A stretch of 64,000 nucleotides of DNA from Amoebidium appalachense (GCA_963693365.1 CAVNZM010000004.1:7973093-8037092); one strand, 5' to 3'; shown: positions 1-41,230, numbered from the stretch's first letter. Notes: a model not told the origin generated them from the letters alone. Program-made: numbers and translations.

Positions 1-532
1 AAACCATCATTATGTCGACCTTCAAGCTTTATTGCCAGTAACCTATTCTACAAACTGATATATCAATTGATAGCTTATAATCTGCTACTGTACACTTCAT
101 TCACTTCAACCCTAATCAAAACACCGTGTACATATAATATTTAATTCAAGATCATTGCGCGAAACTAAATCAGTCATGCAAACACTGTAGGCATATAAAT
201 AGTGGTTACCTAGTAGTATTCGTAATGGTCACAAAGTACCCTTCTCTTCATAACCCAAAAACATGAAAGGTTGAATGGTTTAATGTACTGCACCCAATAA
301 TATCGGCTCTCGCCTCTTAACTTCATACTCAGAACTAGACTTTACAAGACTACGGTAACGACTAATATAGTACCTACGCCGCAGACAAAATGTATTAGAT
401 TGCTGTGTGTGCGTGTTTTGCAGAATCAAGAAACCGTCTACGGTTGTACGACTGTGTAGTATTGATTCGGATTCTTGTTTTTGTCAACGATCTCTAAAGG
501 CGTGTGCAAGTGTGTGTGTACGTGTGCACGTG

Positions 533-613
<81 letters not shown>

Positions 614-894
614 TTTCAACGGTGTGTGTGTATGTGTGTGTGATTGTGTTACAGTCTCTCTGGCGCTTGTGTGGTCTTAAGTACGAGAGATTGTACCTAT
701 CCGCCTCCACCTTCTCCCCCCCCCCCCCCCCCCCCCCCCTCCCCTCCCCTCGTACATCAACATTTCTTGGCTGCATATTAGTAGTTTAAATATTAATAGA
801 TATGCTAATTCATCTAACACCTTCGTTGCATATATGCATCTTGCAACAGCTATATGAATCATGATATTCAGACCCATGATGATAGCTGGCTGCC

Positions 895-3800
895 TCATTG
901 CTCTGGTGAATTTGGCTGGGACATTGTAGCCATGAACTCTGAGCTCTTGAGCAGTTCGTAGTTTGCTTTGGTGACCTTCAGGTCATGCGCCACAGCCAGG
1001 TGGGCCTGAAGCGAACGCCAGGCCTCGTATCTACACAAATAGGAGTTTTCTATTAGTTTTTACAGTCATACAATACACATAATAAAAAATTGTGAGAGGA
1101 GAAACAGAGCGACAAACACATACAGTTCATGATGTGAACAGTCGGTATTACCAACCAAAAGAGAAAGCAGCACAAGGGGAGCGAAAAACTTAACCCAGGC
1201 CCGAAAGGTCAAGAAAAGTTGTACGGGATAAGAAGAGGACTGGAAAAGATATGGGGATGTCCGCGTGGCTAGGAAGAGTTTGCGCGCGCGCGCGTGTGTG
1301 TATGTGTGTATGTGAGCGCGCGCACGTGCGTGTCTGTGCGCATGTATATGTGTGAGTGGGGGAACTAGGGGGGGGGGAAGGGGAGAAGAGAGCAAGATAG
1401 ACCGAGAGAGAAAGAGAGACGGAATGGGGAAGCGAGAGGGAGAAGGAGAGTGAAGGTGGGAAGGGAAAGATGGGGGGGAGGAACGGGGGAGAGGGGGAGG
1501 GAGAGAGCGGGGGGGAGAGGGGGAAAGAGGAGGAGATAGAGAAAAAGGAGAGCGAGGGAGAGAGAGAGAATAAAGTGAGAAAGAGAGAGAGAGAGAGCGG
1601 GAGGGAGAGAGAGGGAGGGAGAGGCAGGGAGCGATATAGAGAGATAGAGGGGGGAGGGGGGGGGGAGCTCGTGCAAAACCACAAGAGGAAAAAACAAGGT
1701 TTTTTTGAGGTTGTTTTTTGGGGTGAGCGTGTGTGTGTGTGGGGAGGGGGGAGAGGCGGGGGGAGGGAGGGGGGGGGGGGGGGGGGAAGGGAGTGGGGGA
1801 CAGGGCAAAAACGGTTCAAATGGATATCTCCGGCTCTGCACCTCCTCGTAGAAATACTAGGACAAACACACACAGAAAGTGAAAACAAAGAGGAAAGAAA
1901 GGGGACACACAGAAAGGAACCAAGTTAAGTAGCTGAAAATTGGTGCATTGATATAGGAAGGCACCCAAAGGGAAGACCACGAGCACATTGTCAAATAAAC
2001 AAACGAAAAAAGGCGGGCAGAGAGGAGGAAGGGGAAGGGGGAGGGGGGGGGGGGGGGGGGGGGCAGAGGGAATGCAAGCAAGAACGAAAAGTGGAAAACA
2101 CCACAGACTATCATTGACAAAGAAAGAGGCGCAGGGGTTCAACACTCACACGCACGTACCTCTTCTCGCAATCCGGCATCGGGCACTGGTAGCTCCTCGA
2201 CAGTTGGCTTCTCAGCCTACGATGCCTCCTATTGGTTCTTGAACCCATTGGCGATGAATTCAAACTTGAGTTGCTTTCCGGGCCCCTCAAAACTGCGCTC
2301 GAAGATCGGCGGCGCATAACACGGAGGTCGTAGTTGCAGTTTGAACGGGGGAGGGCGGCAACCGTGGTGGCTGTGGAGCAGGAATGGGCTTGTTCGCTCT
2401 CACTCGTGTCTTCGTCAGAGTTGCCTGGCTGTGTGTGAGTGTGTGTGAGTGAGTATGTGAGTGCGAATGTGTGCGTGTGTGTGTGTGCAAGTGTCCAGGT
2501 GTAGCTGTGTGTGTGTGTTGCATGCATGCATGCGTACATGCATGCATGTCATGCATGCATGTGTGTGTGCGTGTGATGACTTGCGTGCATGGTATGTGCT
2601 CAGTGACACCAAATAAGGTTGAAATGTACAGGAAAAATGGCACGAGCATGTGATATAAAAGTCACATCGATAACATAACACTGGTACCCAAAAATTCAGA
2701 GCGATGGTTGTGGAAGAGCATCTGATTCAAAATCTGTACAAATGTTTGAGGCTGTGCGTCTGTTGTATTGTGTGTCTGAGTGTGTGTGTATGTGTTCTTG
2801 CCGGTGCAAGCATGTAGCGATGCGTGTGTTTTCAGAAAGGAGGAGGGAGGGGAGGGTCCCGCGGTGGGTTGGACAGGGGGGGGGGGGGGGGGGGAGGACA
2901 CCGGTGGGGCCGGGGATGCAGGGGAGGGGGGGGGGGGAGGGGGGGGGGGAGGGGGGGGGGCGGGGGAGGGAGGGGGATATCGTAAGGTCACATGGTTGAA
3001 CGCTTACCGGACTCATTGGTGCAATTTGCGTGCCGGGCTTGTAACCAACCGATGATTTTCTTGTCGGATGTGCAGAGCCCTGTCCTGGTCGCTGATAGAG
3101 ATTGTCAACAGAAGCAGAGCGTGGGGGCATACCACGGGAATTACTCACAGGACCCCCACCCACCTCGGATTTTCCGAAATTTCCGGCCAAGTAACTGTCG
3201 TAGTCTCCAGCTGCTGAAAAATTGCGAGGCGGGCTGGTGTTTGAGGGGGGTCCAGAATTGCACGAGTATTCGTTGGCGTCAGCGTTGTAGCCGAGAGAAA
3301 CGGTACTCTTCCCATTGTTAAAGTTACCGTAGCTGTCCACACTTAGCATTCGACTGATAAGTTCCTCCGCGCTGTTCAAATCCTCGAGTCCGGGCCCCGC
3401 CGCGGTTTGGGTGGGGCCGGAGCGGTGTGCAGATATCGATGACATGGTTGAGTTGGAGGTTAGAGAGTGGGATCGCATCCGCTCGCGTTTGCCGATGGAG
3501 TCTAGCGACGGCATACTTTGGACAGGCATGCCACCGTCAAACTTGAACCCCGCCGCTGACACATTCTGGGAGCTATTGTACCCCTGGGTCGCTTCCCCAG
3601 AGCCGGTGGGGATTGCGTTGTTAAGCAGAAAGCCAAGATCAATCGCCGACTTTGGAGCATCGAGATCATATGACAAGGGGTAGGGATGAACGGGAAACAT
3701 GTCATCATCCTCCTTGAATTGGAAGGATTCTCCCGCTTCTTGCCCAAAGCCATCGTCCTTTGAATAGAGTGAAAGCTCAGCCATGTCCATCAGCATTGCG

Positions 3801-4300
3801 AGCGACGGTGTCCGGTGGGGCATAAGAAACTGATTGCTTGACTGTTGAACAGCAAAGTTGTTGTTGTCCAAATTCGATCGAGGGTACCTGCTTGGTACCT
3901 CCGACGCGACTGACGCTCGCCTAGCTGGGCCCCTATCCACCGCAGCTTGAGAGACTGACTTTGGATGCAGGCTGCCGCTGAAAAACGGTGAATGCGGGCG
4001 AACGATCGCGCCGTCCTCCGCTTCGGCCAGAATCATTGAAACCAGTGACGGGTCAAGCTCCGCGAGTTTCTCCAATTGCAATGAGCCCTCCATACTAAAA
4101 CTGTTTACGGGTGTATGAAAAGAGTTGTTGGGTGTGTTATTGACGTGCCTGTTCTCCACCTGTTCGTGTTCTCCGTAAGCCGCATGCAGAGTACCTGGAA
4201 AGCTTGAAAACCTCGGGAGCGCGGGCGCAGGCATTGTGTGCATGTTTCTCGAGTCATTAGGGAAACCTGTGCCAAGCCGCGCATACGGTGTGGCCATCAT
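895..4300 (-). CDS. C2H2 zinc-finger protein (long Ser/Asn/Gly-rich disordered N-terminus, single C-terminal finger), 4 exons
   Basis: Exons 4300-3008, 2733-2688, 2424-2160 and 1030-895 have GT/AG ends and compatible phases. Splicing the last two exons rebuilds YQC-PMPD-C-EKRYEAWRSLQAH-LAVA-H. Stop TGA at 897-895. The small second exon and the start ATG are less certain. Confidence 0.8.
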
Positions 4301-5450
4301 GTTGGTTGGTGGGTGGGTGGATGGTTGCCCCTTTCTTTCGGCCACTTTCAACACGAACCCCTTTTGAAGGGGATGAGAATTACTCAAATGCTAAACTTCG
4401 GTGTTTAAAAACTTCGAATAAATTTCTGCTGGATGGATGCACAACTAGGATCATACGAGTTCAGTTCACTTAAATGCGGGGCTGTCTAACTGTATTCACC
4501 GTGCATTCGATACAATATATCAAAATGATAGCCCCCCAAAAAAAGAAACTTAAAAGTGTCGAAATCAAAACGTTTCTAGCTGGTACGTGGACTCTTAAAT
4601 TAGTTGAATGTTCGTGCAGGTGTATCGATGAATGGTTGGGTACTCTAGCTGCAGGTCACTATTCAGGCTAACCGTGTATGTTGCTGTTAGAAGGTACCAG
4701 ATAACCCTACAAAAATTTGATTATTCTACTGCGTATTTGCTCTTATTTGTTATCATGTGTGCTAAGAGAACGTTGTTGTTCACATGCTACCGAAAACCTT
4801 TCCTAAGCGTCTTCACGCGCGCAAGTTGGAATCCTTGTACTAGCTACGTATGTCAGCCCTAGCAGCTAGCACGACTCTACGGCCAACCCTTACCTAGCGG
4901 GGTGAGAATTACCTATGCATTAATGTGTGTCGGCATTCTACTCGAAGCTATAAGAAACACAGCTCTAGCTTGCCACTATTCACTAATGAGGTTTGATTGC
5001 ACTGTACGCGGCTGGTTGTGGTGAAGATTTTTCGTCGCTGCAAATCTGGAGGTATCCTCGTATGAGCGTGCTTTATAAGGCTCGGTTCCTGGTGTGGCTG
5101 GCAATAAGCTGCTGTTATCAGATATTTACTATTGGTTATCCGCAGTCCATTTGCGCCTTTAAACAATTGTAAATTTAATTGTCAATGTGATTCGTAAAAT
5201 ATCATGTTCAAACAATAGCCATTAACCCCAAGCATTCCAAATGTCCCCAAACGATTGGATATTGCCAACATCTTGGCATTCCCTATTGTTACCAGGCCAT
5301 CGCCGGTCTCAGCAGTATTGAAACACAAGTAGGAGGTAAAAAGGCTCTAAAAACTTCTATTTGAAATGAAAATTATTATCATGGGCCATTAATGTTACTT
5401 TTTTTACTTTTTACGCATAATCCAATAGTATGCAGGTGCATGGTGCAGTC

Positions 5451-5929
5451 GCGACTTTGCTCAGTAGGTTCACGGCGCCGGCAGGCGGCCGCCCGGCCGA
5501 GGGCGAGCCCCCGGGTAAATACAATCAACCAATCAAAATGCATCATGGCACATTCCTATGAAGTGGGCAAAAGACCTGACTCGTCCCCTGATATTAAGTG
5601 TGATGCACGTGCAGACATTTACTCTGAGTGGGCAAACCAGAATGCATCTAGTACGAAGGGAAAAATACACGGTAAGAAAATATTAATCTATTTTTGTGGA
5701 CAGTATATATATATATATTTCATGTTATCTAGCCATGTTTGGCGATTGTGAAAACGCGATAGAGCACCGCACTACAAGCTGTCCAATGTGTACATCGCTC
5801 CAGCCGATAAGATCGACCAATAGCTTCTCTTTCAGGTGCACCACTAAAGGCTATTGCCCGGGATTCCCGGGAACCCCTAAGGCCCGGCCCTCCGGCCGGA
5901 CGTCATGACTGATCATTGAGCGCAGTCAC
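5451..5929. repeat. Degenerate GC-rich inverted repeat pair, possible old MITE
   Basis: 5451-5520 (gcgactttgctca...tcacggcgccggcagg...cccgggtaaat) aligns loosely to the reverse complement of 5852-5929 (gtgactgcgctca...tcatgacgtccggccgg...cccgggcaat). The interior is AT-richer. No TSD seen. Confidence 0.3.
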
Positions 5930-6299
5930 TGAATCCTTCAGTGCAACTATTACTTATTTATATATAAAACATACTGTTTAAATAAAATACATGCAGAAGT
6001 AAGATTATGTATAAAAATAAAAATTCTGTTTTGACCTTTCACGCATGCGCCAGGCGGCATGGGATAAGCACATTTAGCTCGAGTTCACCAACACAATCCG
6101 ACTATATATCTTGATGGACTCCGGGGAGCAGAACACCTTAGACTATCATGCCCACAGTCCAAGTCGTACAAACCGTCGAAGCATCTGGTAGGGAATCGAA
6201 AAAACAAAAGAAAAACAGTATAAATACTCCAATAAGCATAGAGCGAATAAAATGAAACAAGTTTCAGGTCTTTATGTGACGCATGCACCTGATGAACGT

Positions 6300-6435
6300 A
6301 AGGGTCTCCCCGGGCCTGACCCGAATCGCGATTCGCCGCGATCAGGCCGGGGATTCTGGCGGGAAAAACCCGATGACGTCACAAATCTGCCCTGAGTGAG
6401 CCGGAATGAGCGCGCGCGAGCGCGCGCGCGCCGCC
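6300..6435. promoter_or_regulatory. CpG-rich promoter-like segment with E2F-like and CRE motifs
   Basis: TGGCGGGAAA at 6357-6366 and TGACGTCA at 6374-6381, lying between the divergently oriented zinc-finger gene and Nup107. Confidence 0.5.
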
Positions 6436-6479
6436 AGACAGACCAGAAGAGAGAGAGAGAAAGAGAGAACGAGAGAGGG

Positions 6480-6545
<66 letters not shown>

Positions 6546-6820
6546 GGGATAGAGGAAGAAAGGAAGAGATATTAGAGAGAGGCTGAGAGTGTCATCTAAC
6601 AGTAAGGAAGCTTCTAACCTCGAGAATATATTGTTAGGTTTCTCTCTAATCGAACACAGCAAGGTTTAGGCACACGTAGAGGTATTTTACCAAAACCGGC
6701 GCCCCTTAGACAAGCAGTAAAGGTGCCACAGTTGAGGGTCGGCTGATGTAACATTTTGAAAACAGGTATAGAGGGCTGGCCACAAGGCACTGATAACGTA
6801 CACACGTGAGTACACGAACA

Positions 6821-6857
<37 letters not shown>

Positions 6858-6862
6858 AGACC

Positions 6863-7256
6863 GCTTTACTTCCATGCAACCGGGCATGGTTGCTCTGTGT
6901 CGTGCATCTGTAAGCACATACGCATTTTTCGCTGCACTGCTTTAGTTTGCACACACATCTTCACCGTTTTGCTCACCTTGCTTGCATAAGCAACCCTGCT
7001 CGTCTTTGATCCAGACGGGTTGACCCTCCCAAGTTCAGTTGATGCTGCTGTCTGAGTTGGAGAGTCGTATATACGCGGGCTAAGGGGTCGAAACTCAGAC
7101 GCAATTGATGACTTGGGCCCTCCCTGAGGATGGGCTCTGCTTATGACGCATACTGTGCGCATGGCTGATGTTGCATACTTGAATGTTTGCCTTTGCATGT
7201 GTCCTGCACCATGCTTCTCATCGTGTATGCGTACTTCGTACCGTGTTCCGCATTCA

Positions 7257-7258
<2 letters not shown>
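6863..7258 (+). mobile_element. Poly-C-embedded short element, subfamily A (~400 bp)
   Basis: Nearly identical to 18675-19069 and starts at the same position. C-runs on both sides; ends ...cgcattcaaa followed by (C)n. Confidence 0.9.
6985..7145 (+). ncRNA. Structured RNA motif with k-turn and permuted hammerhead-like core (subfamily A)
   Basis: Closing stem CAUAAGCA/UGCUUAUG; hairpin 6998-7020; k-turn 7038-7043/7106-7108; GUU 7056-7058; GAAA 7090-7093; CUGAGGA 7124-7130. Confidence 0.7.
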
Positions 7259-7309
<51 letters not shown>

Positions 7310-7900
7310 CCCCCTCCCCCTCCCCCTCCCCCTCCCCCCGCTCCCAACCTTCGACTCTCTCATCGATCCTTGCCCCTCTCTCCATCCCCTCCCCCCCCCC
7401 CCCCTTCACACCCCCTCCCCCTCTTCCCCCCTACCTGCCTCCCCCAATGTACACTATAGTAGAACGGTAGGCCACAGAAAATCACTTAGTGCTGGTTTAC
7501 GTCGCTCCCGTGGTGTCCCCAGGGGTGTGGAGTAACAAGCAAGCGTAAGGGCACAGCAAGCACACAAAAGCACAATGCCCTGGAGCAAGCACGAACAGAG
7601 CACTACCCCCACAAAGCAGGCGCAAATATGATAAGCAGCACACTTACTACCAGCCCAAAAGCCTGTCTGCGTGAGCGCACCCGAAGGCACTTTCACGTGA
7701 CCACATGAGCGAACCTGCGCCCCATAGGCACTCACAAAAACACACGTACACCGATATAGAAACGCCCATTAGCCAACCCGTCCAACCACCCACCCAACCA
7801 CTCACCTACCTACACTCACCCAGCCTTCCGTGCACACACACCAGCCACACAAACACTTACAAGCGCACACGCACGTGCACGTGCGTACACACGCACGCAC

Positions 7901-7943
<43 letters not shown>

Positions 7944-8087
7944 CACATGCACTCACCGCACACGTGCACATTCATATATGAGCGCAGGCATGGGCGCTCA
8001 CACACACACACACACACACACACCCACACACACACATGCGTGCATGCGCGCGCACACACGCATACACGCACGCGCGTGCGCGCGCGG

Positions 8088-8128
<41 letters not shown>

Positions 8129-8652
8129 CCACACTCACACATGCACACACACACGCACACACACACATGCACACTTGCACGGGCAGACACACAGAAACAC
8201 AAACATACCCGTCATGATACACATGGCGTGTGCACTCACACGTTCACAAAAAGACACAATATGAGCAAGGTCATACCAATGCTATACCCCGATTCTCCCC
8301 ATTTCTACTTGCTCCTTGTCCCCGTGCCTCGTTCATCCCTCCCTTTCTACCTCCCCACATCCCCTATCCTTTTTCTCCTTTTGGGTCCTCGTTCCAACCT
8401 TTTTTTTAGGGAATTAGTCTCGTTTCTTAATACTATCTTGTAGCTGAATAGGTTTGGTTTTGACAGAGGCTGTGGTGGAAGAAAGGTGCATTATGGCGGC
8501 TGTTCTATTCGGGTGGGTGTTCCCCCCCCCCCCCCCCCCCCCCCCCTCCCCCTCCCCCTCCCCCCAATCCCCCCCTCATCCTCCCCCCCCCCCCTCCGGA
8601 CCTCCCCTCCCCCCCCCCCCCCCCCCCTCCCTTCCCCCCTCCCTCCTCCCCT

Positions 8653-8735
8653 CATGTTGCATACTCTGTGTGTGCTTGGGTGTACTTTGCAATATTGTCC
8701 GTCGTGAATGTGTACTTCAGACTTTGCAACACACT
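8653..8735 (+). mobile_element. Diverged 3'-end fragment of the poly-C element superfamily
   Basis: tgcatactc...ttgtccgtcgtgaatgtgtacttc resembles the 3' tail at 17773-17881. Lies between C-runs. Confidence 0.55.
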
Positions 8736-9480
8736 CTTCTCTCTCCCCCCCCCCCCCCCCCCCTCCCCCCCCCCCCCCCACCCCCTCCCTCCTCTCCTCC
8801 CCCCCCCCCCCCCCCCCCCCCCCCCCCACCCCCTCCCTCCTCCTCCTCTCCCCCCCCCCTTCTCCCCCCGCCCCGCCCCTTCCCCCTTCCACGATCTCTT
8901 ATCTCCCTCCCAGTCCGAGTATCCCATGACCCTTCCTACTCTTGGATTGCTTTTGGATGGAGAGGTGAAGGTGAACGAGAATTGCGGGAAGGGGGGCGTG
9001 GGGTGGGAGGGAAAGAGGGGAAGGTTGGTTTGGTAGAGAAGAGGGAACGGGATGAGAACAATGCTTTTTCTCTCTCTTCCCCCCCCTCCTCCCCCCTCCC
9101 CCCTCCCTCCTTTCCCTCATTTCTTTTAGAGGGGAAGAGGGGGAGGGGAGGGGGAGAAGGGGGGGGGGGGGGGAAGGGGGGGGGGGGGGAGGGAGAGGGA
9201 GGGGGGAGGGGGGGGGGGGGGGGACGGGAATGGGAAGGCAAACAAGGTTCCTGAACTTTGAGATAAAGACATGGATGATAGCAGGGCAACATACTTTTTT
9301 GTATTGTTTGTTGGCAGGGCTGGTTAGAAACTAGGACATGTCCATGGAATATCGAAGGGGAGGAGGGGGGGGAAGGAGGGGAAGTGGTTAGAACGGGGAG
9401 TAGGGGGGAGGGGGGTAGGAGGAGGGGGAGAAAGAGAGAATGAGGCGAGGGACTTGTCAATGATTTGAATCCCCCCCCCC

Positions 9481-9518
<38 letters not shown>

Positions 9519-9912
9519 CATGGCCTTCCGCTCCCCCCCCCCCCCCCCCCTCCCCCCCCCCCCCCCTTCCCCGCCCTCTTCTGCCAGCCCCTCCCCCCCC
9601 CCCCCCCCCCCCAAAAAAAAAAAAAAAAAAAAACAAAAAAGAAGAACCACGGTCCATGACCCCACTGGCTTAGAGGTTTTGAAGCTTGGGTGTGTGATTG
9701 TGTGCTTCTTGGAGGTGGCGGTGGCGTGGTTTTCGATAGTGATAGCAGAGGTGAAGGTAGGAGGGAGAGGCAGGGTGAGGGGAAGGGGGGAGGGTGTTAG
9801 GGGGGGAAGACAGCAGGTGATAGGGAGGGAGTGAGGGTGGGGGTTTTGGGGATGGGGTTGGGGGGTGGGGTTTGAGGGGGGCAATCTGTACCTGCATTCG
9901 GTCGGCCGTGCG

Positions 9913-9944
<32 letters not shown>

Positions 9945-9995
9945 TAGGGGGAGAGGGCGGGTGGTGGTGGTGGTGGTGGTGGTGGGTGGGTGGGT

Positions 9996-10030
<35 letters not shown>

Positions 10031-10153
10031 CTGGAGGGAATGATGGGGAGGGTTGGTATCTCCTTTGATTGAGTATGGCTGAACTGTATAGCTCCCCGTT
10101 CCGACAATTCCTATTATTTTGTATTTACGTTTTTTTCTTTTTTTCTTTTTCAG

Positions 10154-31670
<21,517 letters not shown>

Positions 31671-32082
31671 AAATGTTCGAAAGGGGCAGAAATGCGGAGA
31701 TTCTCCTCCCCCCCCCCCCCCCCCCTCAAACACACATACACACGCATGTTCACGAACACTCGCATGCACGTGTACACGTACATGCATGCATGTACGCACA
31801 CACTCAAGCACAAACTCACACATACACTCCCACAACAACGAGCCGTGCATACGTTGTGCTTTCATGATCAGTAGCGAACACATGTCCGTCTATTAGATTG
31901 TCGATGTTTATCTCAACCCTGGATCCAATCACTTTGCGTGTAATTGATGATTGGCTAGTCAAAGGTTCGATAAAAGAGACAATGTGTATTATTAGGGTAC
32001 TAGCAGTATGATTTGGTAATGAGGATTCCGAACAACGTGTTGATCGTTTGTACTCTGTCTGGAATTGGTTCTTTGCAAAGCC

Positions 32083-32230
<148 letters not shown>

Positions 32231-33959
32231 TACAGGCACACATGGATACGTGCACACACCAAATCGCTCGCCTATTGAAACGGTACGAGCTACGAACAAG
32301 ACACGCTGGCCGTGTGTATCATTCATCTCAATGGAAATCCTTGTGTCGTTCTTTATTTTTTGGTGAGGGTACGGTGCAATATGTTGCATTCCTGCATCCC
32401 CCCCCCCCCTCTCTCCCCCCCCCCCCCCCCCCCCCCCTCCCCTCCCCCCGATGCACGCAGCACGCGGAGCGCTAATATTAGTACAGGCACACACTACACG
32501 CACACGCACGCAGTGCCACACACATGACCGTGGTCCACTGTTGATATACGTACACACACGAACACTGCGAATGCATGCAACCACCACAAAGAAATTCAAT
32601 ACGTACGTGTGTGTACATACGAAGGCCTAGGCCAGAGGACCCGGGCCGCTGGGGGGGGGGGGGGGGGGGGGGGGTACGATCCTTCCTTATCACTGCACCA
32701 CCCAACAGCTACACGTGTGCACGTGTGGACATATGCGTATGGGCGCAACGTACAGCATGATAGCTGCATATCATATATATCTGAGTGAGCTAGAATTATG
32801 AAAACATATATCCTGCGGGGAATCACCCAAAATATTTTATGCACACGTACGGTTTTTCACAGTTTGAATTTTTTTGATGCATACGTACGACATATATATG
32901 CCTCCCTTGCATTTGAATCGTTTTTTTTTTTTTTTTTTTTGCAAATTGATTGAATGTGCGCAGTCCGGGGCCGGGGACACTCAATTAATCACATTATTCG
33001 CCTCCAAAGGGCAATTTGAAAGCAAATTTCTCGATCTGGTAGAGAGAAAAGCCTGATTAGGGGGGCTCCTTTTCTTAATTCTGTCAAATAATTAAATCAT
33101 AAAACATGCTATAAAAGGAGCAGTGAACGGAACACAGGACTCGAGCTCGAGAATTGCTAAGAAAGAGTAGAAAGGAACCTAGATCTGACCCACAAACATC
33201 TGGGCCAGGCTTGGGATTAACATTTGTAGATGGAAAAAAAAACAGACTATAACAGTTTTGACGCTACTTGTATAAACAAACTTCAAAATCTGCCAAAGCG
33301 TGCCACAGCAAAAAAAAAAAACAAAAAACAAAAAAAAAAAACAAAAAAACAAAAACGAAAAAAAACATAAGTACTAACCTCCAGAAACCCACTACTCACC
33401 CAACTACAATCAAAAAAGTCATTTCATCGCAACTTACAACTGCAGAATTATCTTAAACTACCCTTCGAATCCTTATCAAATCGTAACTTTAAACTTACAC
33501 CTGAACCCAACAGAAAACCAACCAAAACACACACATTCAAGCTTGAAGCCTTGCAAGCGATTGCTTTTCTTCCTCTGTGTATTGTGAAAGCACCAAGAGT
33601 AAACGGCAGAGGTCAAACCACACAAATTCCTCTGTGGCTACAATGCATATATTTTTGAATACGCAAAATGTCGAAAATTGGGGGAAAACTCTAATCGCCA
33701 CCCTTCAAGACTTCGTATTTTCGCTAATACACAAAACTACATTTCCTTCAACCTGTATTATTTCGTGGCCATATTTTAAGGCGCACACACTTCATGGGTA
33801 ACTACGAAAATCGCAAACTCGAAAAAAGCTACGCCTATCAACAGCGTGAAGAACGAAAATATCGCTCAAATACACAATGCCATATTATGCCATCATTCAC
33901 TCTCGGGTGCATTTTTGCAACCGAAATTCTGATCAACACCACATCTTGTCCTGTACAAT

Positions 33960-33997
<38 letters not shown>

Positions 33998-34172
33998 CCC
34001 CAAACACACACACACCAAACACACACGGGAGGAAAAAAAAAAAAAAAAAAAAAGGAAAAAAAAAAAAGGAAGGGGGAAAGAAAAAAAGAGAAAAAAAAGG
34101 AAGAAGAAAAAGAAAAAGAGTAAGAAGTAGAGAAGGGAAACTTGAAATCATTCACACAACCTTATGTCGACG

Positions 34173-40305
<6,133 letters not shown>

Positions 40306-41124
40306 GTTTTAGGAAAAAGCGAGAAGTGAGAATAGACCTCTCCCTTATTTTCACGCTCGACAAGTAGGTAACCTGGGCGAGAGTTTTTGTGCTGGTGTTA
40401 TCGACGCCCAGCGCGGAACAACGTGTTTTCGTTGTGACACATTTCACGTTTTGAGGTTTAAGAAATCGGGAGGTAAGGCCTGCGGGCAGCTTTTAGGCGG
40501 TATTCGCAAGCCTTAAACAGTAAAACGGTGATGGTGGAGAGAAGCAATGTGAAGGTGAAAGAAAGGAATCCCCAAGCTGGAAAGCATGTGCACCGTTTGT
40601 CCCGAACTCAGAATGGGGAGCGCCCTGCACACATCTGTGCGCAGACCTACCACTACTACTAAAGGAGACCACACATCACACCAGTCTCTACCCCTATAAT
40701 GCTCAACATCTCACGCGAATTGAAAATTGAAAATTCATGTTTACATTCCCTCTCTAGAAAAAAAGCTCCGTTCTGCCGGTCTCGCGGCTGCTGAACCGTT
40801 GAGGTGCCACGCACAGCCCATGCGACTGAGACAACGAAAGAAAAATGTGGGGGACTTTACCAGGATTTTCAAATTCATTGGGTTAAATTAATTCGGCCGA
40901 AGTCAGCCCGGGCATTTTTAAAATGAACTTTTGTCAGTAATTTCTTGATAAAGCTAGGATAATTATTAAAATGATTTATATTATTTGTTTGATTACATTT
41001 ATATGGCTTACTGCTTACCATTGCGGGGCAATAGTATTTGAGACTACAAAATGATGCCATATATAATGCTAATGCAAATTGGTGAGGCTGGGATTGAACC
41101 ATTGCACCCCCCCTAGTGTTCGTA

Positions 41125-41230
41125 CCGTTTTTGATTGGTTGACATCTCGTTCAGCGGGAGTGTGAAATTGGCGCGATGCCGATGTGCCACGTGGCCGCCC
41201 TTATTTAGAGCCGGCGCGTTGGTTTCTTCA
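41125..41230. promoter_or_regulatory. Promoter-like cluster (ATTGG box, TTGGCGCG E2F-like site, CACGTG)
   Basis: ATTGG 41134-41138, TTGGCGCGA 41168-41176 and CCACGTGG ~41187-41194, about 0.85 kb upstream of the cyclin ATG. Confidence 0.4.

Noticed and set aside
2696-4387. 563-aa ORF taken as a complete single-exon gene
   Set aside because: It starts at a non-ATG codon and reads through a GTAAGC donor at 3007 into poly-C intron sequence. The spliced model gives a proper zinc finger.
6991-6998. Invariant CAACCCUG read as a telomerase RNA template
   Set aside because: It covers only one permuted TTAGGG unit with no realignment region. Its CCC can pair with the GGG after CUGANGA, and the element is multicopy and truncated.
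7104-7130. UGAUGA…CUGA read as a box C/D snoRNA
   Set aside because: The boxes are only ~12 nt apart with no guide region. UGAUGA is not kept in D (GGAUGA) or E (GGAGGC); the GA is better explained as the k-turn strand.
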